Positions 38,499-48,424 of a stretch of DNA of 64,000 bases are shown in pieces. The notes beneath the pieces were generated by a model. That model saw only the letters and a list, made by a program, of their open reading frames with translations. It did no database searches and was not told the DNA's origin. The position numbers and the translations under genes are program-made. Source of the DNA: a virus. Its lineage: Duplodnaviria > Caudoviricetes. The DNA is taken from IMG/VR virus record IMGVR_UViG_3300025872_000056, positions 13 to 64,012 of that record. The stretch is one strand, 5' to 3'. Positions within the stretch are counted from its first letter, which is position 1, and each line of letters begins with the position of its first letter.

Positions 38499-41147
38499 AT
38501 GAGCGAAGAAAAATTATTTTATAACAATAAAGAATACATTTTGGGGGCAACAGTTTCATTTAAAAGTGGAACTGGAGGGATGACATATTCTTTATCGGGA
38601 TTATGTGGATACAAAAATTATAATTTAATTTTAGTTTCTTTTAAAAATGAAGGAATATCTTCTAATATTGTAGGTCCCTATTATTTGAATTATTTTATTG
38701 ATGAATACAGAGAGCCTATTTACACATTTTTGTGGAATCATCCTGCTGACTATAGGTTGGATAATTTACATCAAAGAACTTATAGCCAAAGAAACGTAGA
38801 AAATTTAATAAGCCCCAGCCAAGCAAGTCCAATTTCTAATTTAGAAAACTGGGAAAGAGAATATTATGATGGAGCTTGGGGAAATTATGCAGCAAATTCT
38901 TATTTTACATCCCAAAAAGGATTTACAGCACCAGACGGATCAACTAGCGCAACAAGATTTAGAGTAAATGGATGGACTGGTTATATATTACATCGACTAA
39001 TAACAGAAGTTAATGGTAAAAATGAATATATTGAGCTTAAAAAGGGAATTACTTATTATCTTTCATTCTGGTTAGATATGAGTAGTGGAAGGACGCTTGG
39101 TGAAATTAGCCCAAGAACACATGATGGCCCAAATGGAATTTGGGCAACAAATCCCCCTTGGCCCCTATCTGTGAGTCAAATATCACCCGTTTATCGCCCC
39201 GAAGGACTTGGCAGTTATCCTTATTTGGCACCAGTTGGAACTACTGGTTGGACGAGATTTGTTTATGGGATAAGATCCACAACTGGGGGCACAAACTATG
39301 TAAACATATATTTATTATCAACTGGTAATCTTGATGGCTCAACATACGATTGGTATTTCTGGGGAGCCCAGTTGGAAGAAGAATCAGGCCCATCTGCAAC
39401 CTCATATAAACCAAATATAATTTCTGATGTAAATTTAGTTGGTAGTGTTTATGACAGAGACACCGGAAATACTCTTTATGATAATTCAATTGAAAATATT
39501 CCAACATGGTGTTCTAACAATGGAATAACATATTTTTGGCCATTAATACAACTATGGGATTCCACGAACTATGATATGCCAACATATAGCGCAAATGATT
39601 ATTATGATTTTTATACTAAACGAGCAATAAACATATTTAAATTATTACCTAAAAAACAAAGAGCAATTAGACCCAGAGGGTTAGATCATCCAATTATGTT
39701 TGAAATGTATGATGATGCTATAACTGGATTAACCTTTGGACCATATCCCGGAGTAACATATACTTATTGGGGAATAACAGAAGGATACAAATATTACACA
39801 ATCCCTTCTGCGACAGCATATATGGGACACGTATGGCCTGTAACAGGAATTTCTGCAGGAATAACAGCTTGGAATAAGTTTTTCAATAACTTTCACTCTA
39901 GAGGGGCAACTATAGACTATGTATTCTTTGATTACGAATTTGTCCCATTCTCAACATTGTATGTTCAAAAAGATCAAACAGCTTTAGGTTGGACGGCTGC
40001 AAGAAAAATATTTGAAGATCCAAGATATTCACAACCTTGGAATGGAGTGACTGCTCTAAAAGATATAATGGATAATCTTGGTGCTACGCTTATTAATATG
40101 GAAGATGCTTATTATAATAACTACAATCATTTGGCTTGGTCTAGAACCATTGGTTATCAGACCCAAAAGGCATATGAATTAATTTTGACACCAGGTTTAA
40201 GTGCTTATTTCCCAGAGGCAACAGTTTCAAATTACAATTATTTCCATCAACCTGATGGTATAACAAATGGTTCTTATGATCAGGCAACCCATCAAATACC
40301 CGGGGACCTCAGAGCGGGCAATGCATCATCACCAGTATTATATGGTGATGTATGGTCATTTTATTCAGATATTCCTGGAGGAGGCCAATCTCAAGCTAGA
40401 CTTCCCCTTTCAGACCCAACTAGATTCGAAAAATTTATTAATACTGGAGGACCTACGGTTTCAACAGGAACGTTGACAAGGCCATGGATTGCATTCATGT
40501 TGGCGATGCTGCAAATGAGATGCACAAAGGCTGCCGAACCAAATGTGCCAATTACTCCGTGGATCGGAAATGTAAGATGGCCGGGAGAAGCATATGGAGG
40601 AAGTTATGGGCGTCCTGTAAATGCTTGGTCGGATACTAAATTGGGGTATAATGAAAAATATGGAAGCACTTATCATATTGAAGGCGGTAATTCAGCTTAT
40701 TATTATGAAATGATAAGGCATTGCATGTTAATGGGAACAAAAGCATTCCCTATGTTTAATGGTTCTTTGTATGATGATGTTAGAACTCCGGGGTGGACTT
40801 CAGGAAATCCTTCAGCGACAAACAGAAGACTATATTTCTTATCAGGCATGACCACCCACATGGAAGAAATTATTCCTGTTGATAACGTAATTCATGAAGT
40901 TCATAATCTGATTGGTGGGTTTACTTTAACAACAGCAGATACCAGCAGACCAAATTGGCTTGCTCCATATTTTGCTAGCGCAGCTCCCGGAATAAATGGA
41001 ACAACATGGTGGTGGCGAGTTACTGTTGGTTCCACCTATACAATAAATGTTCAAGGAACAACTTTGTCTGGAATTTCTGGGCCTTGGGGTGCTTGGGTGT
41101 CAACTACTGGGCCAACCTTAGCAGGGGTAAACATTTCAATAGTTTAA
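38499..41147 (+). CDS. C-half FN3 + carbohydrate-binding-like + possible glycoside hydrolase-like virion protein
   Basis: LSGL..Y..ILVSFKNEG; TAPDGSTSA..WGAQLE; IDYVFFDYE. Confidence 0.6.
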   Translation: MSEEKLFYNNKEYILGATVSFKSGTGGMTYSLSGLCGYKNYNLILVSFKNEGISSNIVGPYYLNYFIDEYREPIYTFLWNHPADYRLDNLHQRTYSQRNVENLISPSQASPISNLENWEREYYDGAWGNYAANSYFTSQKGFTAPDGSTSATRFRVNGWTGYILHRLITEVNGKNEYIELKKGITYYLSFWLDMSSGRTLGEISPRTHDGPNGIWATNPPWPLSVSQISPVYRPEGLGSYPYLAPVGTTGWTRFVYGIRSTTGGTNYVNIYLLSTGNLDGSTYDWYFWGAQLEEESGPSATSYKPNIISDVNLVGSVYDRDTGNTLYDNSIENIPTWCSNNGITYFWPLIQLWDSTNYDMPTYSANDYYDFYTKRAINIFKLLPKKQRAIRPRGLDHPIMFEMYDDAITGLTFGPYPGVTYTYWGITEGYKYYTIPSATAYMGHVWPVTGISAGITAWNKFFNNFHSRGATIDYVFFDYEFVPFSTLYVQKDQTALGWTAARKIFEDPRYSQPWNGVTALKDIMDNLGATLINMEDAYYNNYNHLAWSRTIGYQTQKAYELILTPGLSAYFPEATVSNYNYFHQPDGITNGSYDQATHQIPGDLRAGNASSPVLYGDVWSFYSDIPGGGQSQARLPLSDPTRFEKFINTGGPTVSTGTLTRPWIAFMLAMLQMRCTKAAEPNVPITPWIGNVRWPGEAYGGSYGRPVNAWSDTKLGYNEKYGSTYHIEGGNSAYYYEMIRHCMLMGTKAFPMFNGSLYDDVRTPGWTSGNPSATNRRLYFLSGMTTHMEEIIPVDNVIHEVHNLIGGFTLTTADTSRPNWLAPYFASAAPGINGTTWWWRVTVGSTYTINVQGTTLSGISGPWGAWVSTTGPTLAGVNISIV

Positions 41148-41153
41148 AGCAAA

Positions 41154-42350
41154 ATGACAGACAAATTAATATTTAACCAGTACGAATATACACTAGCTCA
41201 AACTTTACCAGCATCTTCTGGTACAGGTGCTACAATACAAACAACCATAACTGGCTTAAGTGATACAAAACAATATGAATTTATAGTAGTAGCATTTAAT
41301 AATTATGGTTCTACTGTATCTGGACCAATTACAGTTTATACTGCGCCACCACAAGATCCAAATTTATTAAAAGCATCTGTTGATACTTTAAACTGGACAG
41401 TCGTGCCAATTTCTTCAAATGGATTAAGAATCATATGGAATGATTATTTTGTTGAAGAATTAAATTATAATCTTTATATATCAACTGATAACCAAAGCTT
41501 TGATTTTTTAAATTCTGTGTCGGAATATCTAGGATCATATGATGTAGAAGATTTAATTTTAGGAAATTCTTATTATATTTTGTTGAATGCTTTTATTGGA
41601 ACAGGACCAAATGAAGGTCAATTGTTCTTGACATCATCTACTGGCCCTGTTCAAGTTCTTGAAATTCCAAAACCTCCTATAAATTTTCAATATACTTATT
41701 TTGATAACGATGAAGTAACATTATCTTGGGACTACCAAGATGAAATGTTTAAACAAACTGAAATTTTTTATTCTGATGACGGATTAAATTATTCTTTCAT
41801 ATATGATGCAAGCGCAGAACCTACAACAAAAGTAACCATATCTGGGTTAACTTCTGATATTACTTGGTGGTTTAAAATTAGAACTAAAAATTCCAATGGG
41901 AGTTCAGATTTTGCTGGTCCAGTTGTTATTGCAACTTTACCCGATCCTCCAGATAGCCCATTTGGTCTTACTGGTTTTGCTGGCATATCTTCTTACATAC
42001 AAATAAATTGGTCCACCGGAGCAACAAATGAAGATGGATATAATATTTTTAGATCTACAGATAATGTAAATTATACTAATATTCAAACAATAGGGCGTGA
42101 TAATCTTTCTTTTATTGATGTAGAAAAAAGCGAAAACACTCTTTACTATTACAAAATAAATGCATTTAATGAAGGTGGAACTTCGGGATTTTCAAATATA
42201 GTTGGTATTACTTCTGCTATCCTGCCAATTGTTGCACCAACCGGACCAACAGGAATATCTGGATCTGTTTTTTACAATACAATAAATATTTCTTGGATTG
42301 ATCAATCGACAAATGAATTTGGTTATAAAATTTATGTAAAACAAGGATAA
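41154..42350 (+). CDS. FN3 repeat protein: C-half + three intact FN3 + N-half
   Basis: ITGLSDTKQYEFIVVAFNNYG start; intact domains; ends ISWIDQSTNEFGYKIYVKQG*. Confidence 0.85.
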   Translation: MTDKLIFNQYEYTLAQTLPASSGTGATIQTTITGLSDTKQYEFIVVAFNNYGSTVSGPITVYTAPPQDPNLLKASVDTLNWTVVPISSNGLRIIWNDYFVEELNYNLYISTDNQSFDFLNSVSEYLGSYDVEDLILGNSYYILLNAFIGTGPNEGQLFLTSSTGPVQVLEIPKPPINFQYTYFDNDEVTLSWDYQDEMFKQTEIFYSDDGLNYSFIYDASAEPTTKVTISGLTSDITWWFKIRTKNSNGSSDFAGPVVIATLPDPPDSPFGLTGFAGISSYIQINWSTGATNEDGYNIFRSTDNVNYTNIQTIGRDNLSFIDVEKSENTLYYYKINAFNEGGTSGFSNIVGITSAILPIVAPTGPTGISGSVFYNTINISWIDQSTNEFGYKIYVKQG

Positions 42351-42351
42351 A

Positions 42352-43155
42352 ATGACAGATACTTTATTTTACGAAGGTTCAACATATTATTTGCAAAAAA
42401 CTTTAGGACCATTTTCTGGTACTGGGTTTATTTCTACATCATTAGAAAATTTAAATACAGGAACCACATATTCAATTCTTGTTGCCGCTTTCAATAACGT
42501 TGGCTTATCTGACATTTCTACACCAATTGTTTTCAAAACAGATTCCGCCGCGAATAGACCTCCAATAATTTGTACATGTTGGTTTTGGTATTATCCAGTT
42601 TTAAGAAATATGGTACTTTATCAAACCGGAAATACTGTAAACATGATTCATTCTTCAGAAGATATGACTAATTCTGTTGCATGGGTAGGCGCACAAAGAT
42701 TTAACATTACTAGTGGCCATACAGCGCCTGATGGATCAACCGGAGCATTTGCAATCGTAGGTGCTAGTGGCTCCTGGGGAGCGGCTTTATATCAAGAATT
42801 GGCGTTAGACTATGGAAATACTTACATTTATTCTTTTTATCATAAAGTGACAGATGGTGCTACTGGATTTAGAATTGGAGCTTACTACAGATCAACTAGT
42901 GCTGTTCCTAGTGCTAATACAGTGTTCGGCACACATTCACTTCCATTCAGACAAATTTTACCAGTAACAGGTCCAATGGAAACACTCCCAACTGTACGAT
43001 ATCCTACTGGTGCAACAGGATGGCAAAGATTTGCTTTTGAGGTGTATGCATTTACTCCACATCGTTATGAGATAGTTTTTCAAGCTTGGTATAACAGCAC
43101 AAATCGATATCCACAATATTTCTGGGGCCATCAGTTAGAGAAAGTAACACCATGA
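42352..43155 (+). CDS. C-half FN3 + carbohydrate-binding-like protein
   Basis: LENLNTGTTYSILVAAFNNVG; TAPDGSTGA..WGHQLE. Confidence 0.7.
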   Translation: MTDTLFYEGSTYYLQKTLGPFSGTGFISTSLENLNTGTTYSILVAAFNNVGLSDISTPIVFKTDSAANRPPIICTCWFWYYPVLRNMVLYQTGNTVNMIHSSEDMTNSVAWVGAQRFNITSGHTAPDGSTGAFAIVGASGSWGAALYQELALDYGNTYIYSFYHKVTDGATGFRIGAYYRSTSAVPSANTVFGTHSLPFRQILPVTGPMETLPTVRYPTGATGWQRFAFEVYAFTPHRYEIVFQAWYNSTNRYPQYFWGHQLEKVTP

Positions 43156-46100
43156 CGTATCCTCGTCCATATCACCCGACTACTAAAAATTTAATTCCTT
43201 ATTATAAAAATATTCAACCAGCATATTATGATGTCAACGGAAATACTTTATATGAAGGAACTGTAGAAAAGCAATTGGCTTTAGCAAATGGGTTGAGTTT
43301 TGTAGCACCAACTGTACATACTCTTCGGGGGTATGATACTGTTTCTGGTAATGCTGGATTTACCCTTTCAGTAAATAATATTGAAAGTTTAAATTTTTTG
43401 AAACAATTAGGTGAAGGAAAAAGAGCCATTCACCCCCCATCTTTTCCTACATGGTATTTTTATGATGATATACTTCCCCTATCTGGACAGGGATTCAGAA
43501 ATTGGATTACAAATGATTGGGGAAGATCTGGTGCAACAGGATATTACAACAATCCTTGGCCCAATACTGGGGTTGAAAGATGCAAAGAAACTTGGACTAG
43601 ATGGATTAATTATGTGCATTCTCAAGGAATTACCATAGATGCAGTAAACTGGGACACCGAAGGAGATCCGTTTAGATATGCCCCTTCTTCAGCGCTACGA
43701 GAAATGATAAAATCCAATCCTCAATATAGTTCTCCGTGGAGAGGACATACTTCTTGGAAAAGTTTGTATGAGTATGAATTAGGAAGTACTGCAGATGTTT
43801 ACAATTCTTTTGCATGGTACGCTATGGCAGAACGTGGTCGTTCAAATATGTACGATGATACACATATAGAACCATATTTGTCAAAATACCCCAAAGGAAT
43901 TATGGGAAATTATAATAGCTACGAAAGTGAAAGAATTGTTGGTTTTACAATGATTCATGAAGTTAATGAAGATGGTTACATCCTTCCAGAAAGAGGAACA
44001 ATTGGCAATGCACACGCTCCGGTATTATATGGAACATTTAGACAATATGATTGGGAATATTATAGCCCCGGATATGCAACAAGCAGACCGGGCCCTCTTG
44101 CTAGATTTGATTATAAAATAATAGGAAACATTACAAGTCCATATGATTTGCCACCAACAACAGGCGCATGGTCTAGTTTTATGCATTCTATTGCTACCAT
44201 GAGATCCGTAAAGAGAACTAATCCAAATGATTTCATTACTCCATATATTGGAGGACCAATGTTTATTGGCGAATATCATTTTAAGGGAGTTGGGTTTACA
44301 CCCTTTGCCTCATACTTTGGTCAAGCACCAGCAGAAGTTCTTCATAATCGTTGGTACAGACAGAATGTAGATTTTAACAAAATAAGAAGCGGTATAACAG
44401 GGCCGGATGGTTCGACTACAGGATTGGCAATTAATTTTTCTAAAGATGCAGGATTATCAGCAGCATTGGAATTTTATTATACAGGACTTACAGCAGGATT
44501 AACTTATATTTTTTCATATTCATTGGATGTTACCAGAGGATTTACTGGAACATTATTTGGTATGAGACAATTTGTTCCAACAACTTATAATTTACAAAGA
44601 GGATTAACATATCAGCAAATTCTTCCTGTAGTTGGGCCAGTACAAAATAGAATTCATGGAATTTCATATCCTCCAGAAAGTGTTGGATGGACAAGATTTG
44701 CATGGAAATTCCACATTCCACCATCTTTTGATCCTTTAGATCCAGTTGAAAATAATTCATTCTCTGTATATGCAATGTTGACTGGCACAGCTCAACCATA
44801 TACGCAAATCTCAGGGACAACAACCTATATTTGGAATCCTAGTCTTGAAATAGAATCTTCTCCACAAAATATAAACATTCCAATTACAACAATAAATTCT
44901 GAGGACAATATCTTAAGATGGCGCGAAGGTCCTCCCGGAGCAATGACGATAACAGAAAAAGGATACAACAAACGCCATGCAATATATTTTACAAGAAGAG
45001 GAGGCAACAGTGGTTATTATTATGAGTTAGCAAAGCATTGTTGTTTGCTTGGTTCCAAAATGTTGATCGCGTTCAATGCCGCAGAAAATATAGATCACTC
45101 ATACCCCGGGGTAAGAACTTTGCTTGGGAATAATTATTCAGAATTCGGCGGTGCTAAAACAACACCATACTATTTGTCTGGGGATACATATCATGAAGTT
45201 TTTCCAATTAATTTGAACAATGCTTTAAAGGAGTTTCATGATAGAGTTGGAGGGTTTACGCTTGCCACAGCAGACATGTCTCCAATTGACTACAGTTTAC
45301 CATATGTGTTAAATGGAGCGCCGGATATAAATGGAATAACTTGGTGGTGGAGACTTACAGTTAAACCCGGTTATACTTTCTATTGTAATGGTGAAACTTT
45401 AGCAGCGCCTAACAAATTAGGAACATGGATTCCTACAAGTACAAAAGAGTTTACAGGAGTAACTTTAGCTTGGGATGAATGGTCATATCCTCCAGAACCA
45501 ACTTTACCTACTCCAGTTAAGGAAATAAATTTCCTTACAATGTCTAGTCTTAATGATTTGGTTGCTTCTGGTTGCACGTTCTCACGCGGTAGTACTGCAT
45601 CCTTTATTGGATCAAGTGGTTATTTAAATTATGCCTCAATAAATCAACCAAGATTCCATTATGATCCAGATACTCTGCAGCCCAGAGGTTTGATGATTGA
45701 AGATTCTGCTACAAACATTTTGAACTGGAGCGAAAGCTTTGCTTCAACAGGTGGGTCGGTAAATAATTGGTCTGATACTAACATTACAAGATCACAAGGT
45801 TCGATTTCTCCATCTGGGGAAACATACGCAATCAAATTTACTGCGGATATAGCAAACGGAACTTTGGTTTCTACAAATCCTCCCGGAGGAAATGTATTGA
45901 GAACTTTCAGCTTCTGGTTGAAAGGAATTACTGGAAACGAAACAGTTCAATATACTTTTAACGGAGGAACATCGTGGCATGGCATAACAGGAATTAAAAC
46001 TTCTTGGAAGAGATTCGTTGCTGGACCAATTTATCCAGATGGAACAACGGCATTCAATCATCACGTTGGGTGGCGCATTGCAAATACAGGAAGCTCTGTT

Positions 46101-46754
46101 GAAATCTGGGGAGCACAATTAGAACACAGAGTTGGAAGCGTAAACAATCTCGGCTGGAATTCTACGTTCCATGTAAAAGAAACTTCATATATTCCAACGA
46201 ATGGGCTTACAGCTTCAAGATCATTTGATCTTTGCTACATGCAAGGAAGCTCCTTTACTTCTTGGTTTGGCCATACTTATGGAACAATAGTTTATGAAAC
46301 TGAAGGATACCCAACTTTGTTTATACGACAGGGTTTGGGTGGAGGAGACTATACTAATTCTTTTAACAGTTTTGCCTATGGACTTCAACTTAGAAAATCG
46401 GGTTTGGCGGCACAAAATTGTACAACTAGAAATCCATATAAAAACAGATATTTTCCAGCTTTAGATGATCCTTCAAAAGCAATATTTTGTTATTCTCCAA
46501 TTGGAATGAAATATGCCCAGTGCGATTCATTTAACAGCAATGCATACGGTATAACACATACAACATTTACTCTAGCACCAATGGATACAATGATTTTTGC
46601 AGGAACACCGGGGCAAACTCCAAGGCCAACTGTAAGCAGTTTTTCGTTAAGAAAATTTAGATTCTGGGATAGAGTTTTTGATGATACAACTATTAAACAA
46701 ATTTCTAATGGCAATGTAAACTACAATAAGTTTAGATTTAACCCTTGGGATTAA
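43152..46754 (+). CDS. large virion/adhesin protein, paralog of 38499-41147 with extra C-terminal spike-like domain
   Basis: Shared GGNS.YYYE..HC.L.G, GGFTL.TAD.S, ING.TWWWR.TV; C-terminal TFSRGSTA..PRF.YDP..GLMIE..TN..WGAQLE..TSYIPT. Confidence 0.7.
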   Translation: MTYPRPYHPTTKNLIPYYKNIQPAYYDVNGNTLYEGTVEKQLALANGLSFVAPTVHTLRGYDTVSGNAGFTLSVNNIESLNFLKQLGEGKRAIHPPSFPTWYFYDDILPLSGQGFRNWITNDWGRSGATGYYNNPWPNTGVERCKETWTRWINYVHSQGITIDAVNWDTEGDPFRYAPSSALREMIKSNPQYSSPWRGHTSWKSLYEYELGSTADVYNSFAWYAMAERGRSNMYDDTHIEPYLSKYPKGIMGNYNSYESERIVGFTMIHEVNEDGYILPERGTIGNAHAPVLYGTFRQYDWEYYSPGYATSRPGPLARFDYKIIGNITSPYDLPPTTGAWSSFMHSIATMRSVKRTNPNDFITPYIGGPMFIGEYHFKGVGFTPFASYFGQAPAEVLHNRWYRQNVDFNKIRSGITGPDGSTTGLAINFSKDAGLSAALEFYYTGLTAGLTYIFSYSLDVTRGFTGTLFGMRQFVPTTYNLQRGLTYQQILPVVGPVQNRIHGISYPPESVGWTRFAWKFHIPPSFDPLDPVENNSFSVYAMLTGTAQPYTQISGTTTYIWNPSLEIESSPQNINIPITTINSEDNILRWREGPPGAMTITEKGYNKRHAIYFTRRGGNSGYYYELAKHCCLLGSKMLIAFNAAENIDHSYPGVRTLLGNNYSEFGGAKTTPYYLSGDTYHEVFPINLNNALKEFHDRVGGFTLATADMSPIDYSLPYVLNGAPDINGITWWWRLTVKPGYTFYCNGETLAAPNKLGTWIPTSTKEFTGVTLAWDEWSYPPEPTLPTPVKEINFLTMSSLNDLVASGCTFSRGSTASFIGSSGYLNYASINQPRFHYDPDTLQPRGLMIEDSATNILNWSESFASTGGSVNNWSDTNITRSQGSISPSGETYAIKFTADIANGTLVSTNPPGGNVLRTFSFWLKGITGNETVQYTFNGGTSWHGITGIKTSWKRFVAGPIYPDGTTAFNHHVGWRIANTGSSVEIWGAQLEHRVGSVNNLGWNSTFHVKETSYIPTNGLTASRSFDLCYMQGSSFTSWFGHTYGTIVYETEGYPTLFIRQGLGGGDYTNSFNSFAYGLQLRKSGLAAQNCTTRNPYKNRYFPALDDPSKAIFCYSPIGMKYAQCDSFNSNAYGITHTTFTLAPMDTMIFAGTPGQTPRPTVSSFSLRKFRFWDRVFDDTTIKQISNGNVNYNKFRFNPWD

Positions 46755-46757
46755 ATT

Positions 46758-46765
46758 TATAAATA
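46758..46765 (+). promoter_or_regulatory. T4-type late promoter TATAAATA
   Basis: Exact motif 5 nt before ATG 46771. Confidence 0.7.
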
Positions 46766-46770
46766 TTACT

Positions 46771-46947
46771 ATGAAAAGCTTTCATCAATTTTTAATCGAA
46801 GAAGAAAAACTGACATCCGAACAGGAAGCACAACTTGATAAATTAATTGATAATCATTCACAAAGAATGACTATGGAAGCTGCGGTAGATGAAGCAAGAA
46901 AGCAAATGGGATTAAAGCCATTAAATAGAAAGAAATCAAAGAAATGA
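46771..46947 (+). CDS. small putative internal head protein (MKSFHQFLIEE...)
   Basis: Not in ORF track; capsid-targeting-like N-terminus. Confidence 0.65.
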   Translation: MKSFHQFLIEEEKLTSEQEAQLDKLIDNHSQRMTMEAAVDEARKQMGLKPLNRKKSKK

Positions 46948-47756
46948 AATCTTTCAAACAATTTTTATTAGAAGTTTCTTTAGGAGATCCAATAATGGAT
47001 TCCCAAATGGCAGAACTTGACAGAAGAGCCAAGGCAAGAGAAGAAAATCAAGTCCTTCAAACACAATTGGATCAATCGATTGATCAAATGAATAAAAAAG
47101 ATTATGGAATGTATAATATTCCAGGAATGCCAAATTTATCAGCTAATATAGAATTTTCAAGTCAAAGTCGTGCTAGATCGGGTTCAGGAATAGCGACACC
47201 AACAAGTGAATTGGATGCATTCTATACCTTGGGGAATGAAAGACAGCAAACTGTTGCCCAGGGCTTGCCAACAGATACTTTAAATCGTATGCAACAGGCA
47301 CAATATGATCGTTCACAGGGAATACAAACTGGAGCTCCAGGATCCAGGATGGCTCCAAGAATGAGTGCTTCCTCGGCACAGGCTCAAAACACAATTTCAA
47401 GAACTCTGGAAGATAGAGGGGGACCACTTGGTGGTCAGGCTGGAGCCAGAAGTTATGCCGAAAGATTAAATAAAAATTCTCAGACACAAGTAAATGCTTC
47501 AAGTGCAACTCAGAGAGCACTCGGAATGGCTAATCCTGTTGTTGGAGCAGCAAATGCTGCCCGCCAGCAAGCATCACAAGCAGATACAGAAACCGCCTTA
47601 GCAGGAAAGAATTATGCAGAGCTTTCAGCTATGAGAGATGCTTTGGATAAGGAAATCAAAGCAGATTTTGCTTCAGGAAAAAAAACCATGGATCCAGCAA
47701 AATACAAAACTTATACTGCCTTGAACAGACAAATAGACTCCACAATGAAGGGATAA
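46944..47756 (+). CDS. putative internal head protein
   Basis: MKSFKQFLLE N-terminus. Confidence 0.65.
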   Translation: MKSFKQFLLEVSLGDPIMDSQMAELDRRAKAREENQVLQTQLDQSIDQMNKKDYGMYNIPGMPNLSANIEFSSQSRARSGSGIATPTSELDAFYTLGNERQQTVAQGLPTDTLNRMQQAQYDRSQGIQTGAPGSRMAPRMSASSAQAQNTISRTLEDRGGPLGGQAGARSYAERLNKNSQTQVNASSATQRALGMANPVVGAANAARQQASQADTETALAGKNYAELSAMRDALDKEIKADFASGKKTMDPAKYKTYTALNRQIDSTMKG

Positions 47757-47759
47757 ATT

Positions 47760-48170
47760 ATGAAATCATTTAAGCAATATCTAATAAACGAAGAATCGGA
47801 AACCCCAGCAAAAAAAGATTATGATGGAGATGGAGTAATAGAACCTGGAAGCAAAGAATGGAAAGATTCCAGGGATAACGCCATAAAGCAATCAATCGCT
47901 GAACGTGATAGAGGCGATTATGCTGCTTTGGAAAAAAGATTTGCAGAAATCAGTGATGCCGATTTAACTAGATTACTCCCGGGGCCAGTAAAAAAGTTTG
48001 GAATTAGTGGAGTTAGAAAAAATCTTGGTCAATTTGTCGATAATACGGGAAAACCAAGAACTGCTGCCGCTGCAATGGCACAACACTTTAAATCTGGTGA
48101 AGGTGGCAAATCTCTTGGGAAAATATTAGATCCTGTAAAAGCAGACCGAGCACGCCCACAGGAAGATTAA
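47760..48170 (+). CDS. putative internal head protein
   Basis: MKSFKQYLINEE; KDYDGDG.IE..SKE...SRDNAIK motif. Confidence 0.65.
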   Translation: MKSFKQYLINEESETPAKKDYDGDGVIEPGSKEWKDSRDNAIKQSIAERDRGDYAALEKRFAEISDADLTRLLPGPVKKFGISGVRKNLGQFVDNTGKPRTAAAAMAQHFKSGEGGKSLGKILDPVKADRARPQED

Positions 48171-48244
48171 TGATCCTGACGGGATTCGAACCCGTGTTAT
48201 GGCCTTGAAAGGGCCGTGTCCTAGACCGACTAGACGACAGGACC
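48171..48244 (-). tRNA. tRNA-Glu(TTC)
   Basis: Cloverleaf, GGCC-CTTTCAA-GGCC. Confidence 0.9.
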
Positions 48245-48250
48245 AGAGTT

Positions 48251-48424
48251 TCAGTTATCTGTTGTTCGTCGGACTTTGATCGAAGCCAGAATCATTCCGA
48301 TCATTGTTCCGACGCAGGAACCAACCACGGCACCGTCATAGTTCTTGTGGTACAGATAACCAATTAAGTTCAAGGCGATCAAGATTACCAATGCAGTAAT
48401 TAAATTTGGGATGTACTTTTTCAT
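48251..48424 (-). CDS. small two-TM membrane protein
   Basis: MKKYIPNLITALVILIALNLIG...; not in ORF track. Confidence 0.55.
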   Translation of the reverse strand: MKKYIPNLITALVILIALNLIGYLYHKNYDGAVVGSCVGTMIGMILASIKVRRTTDN

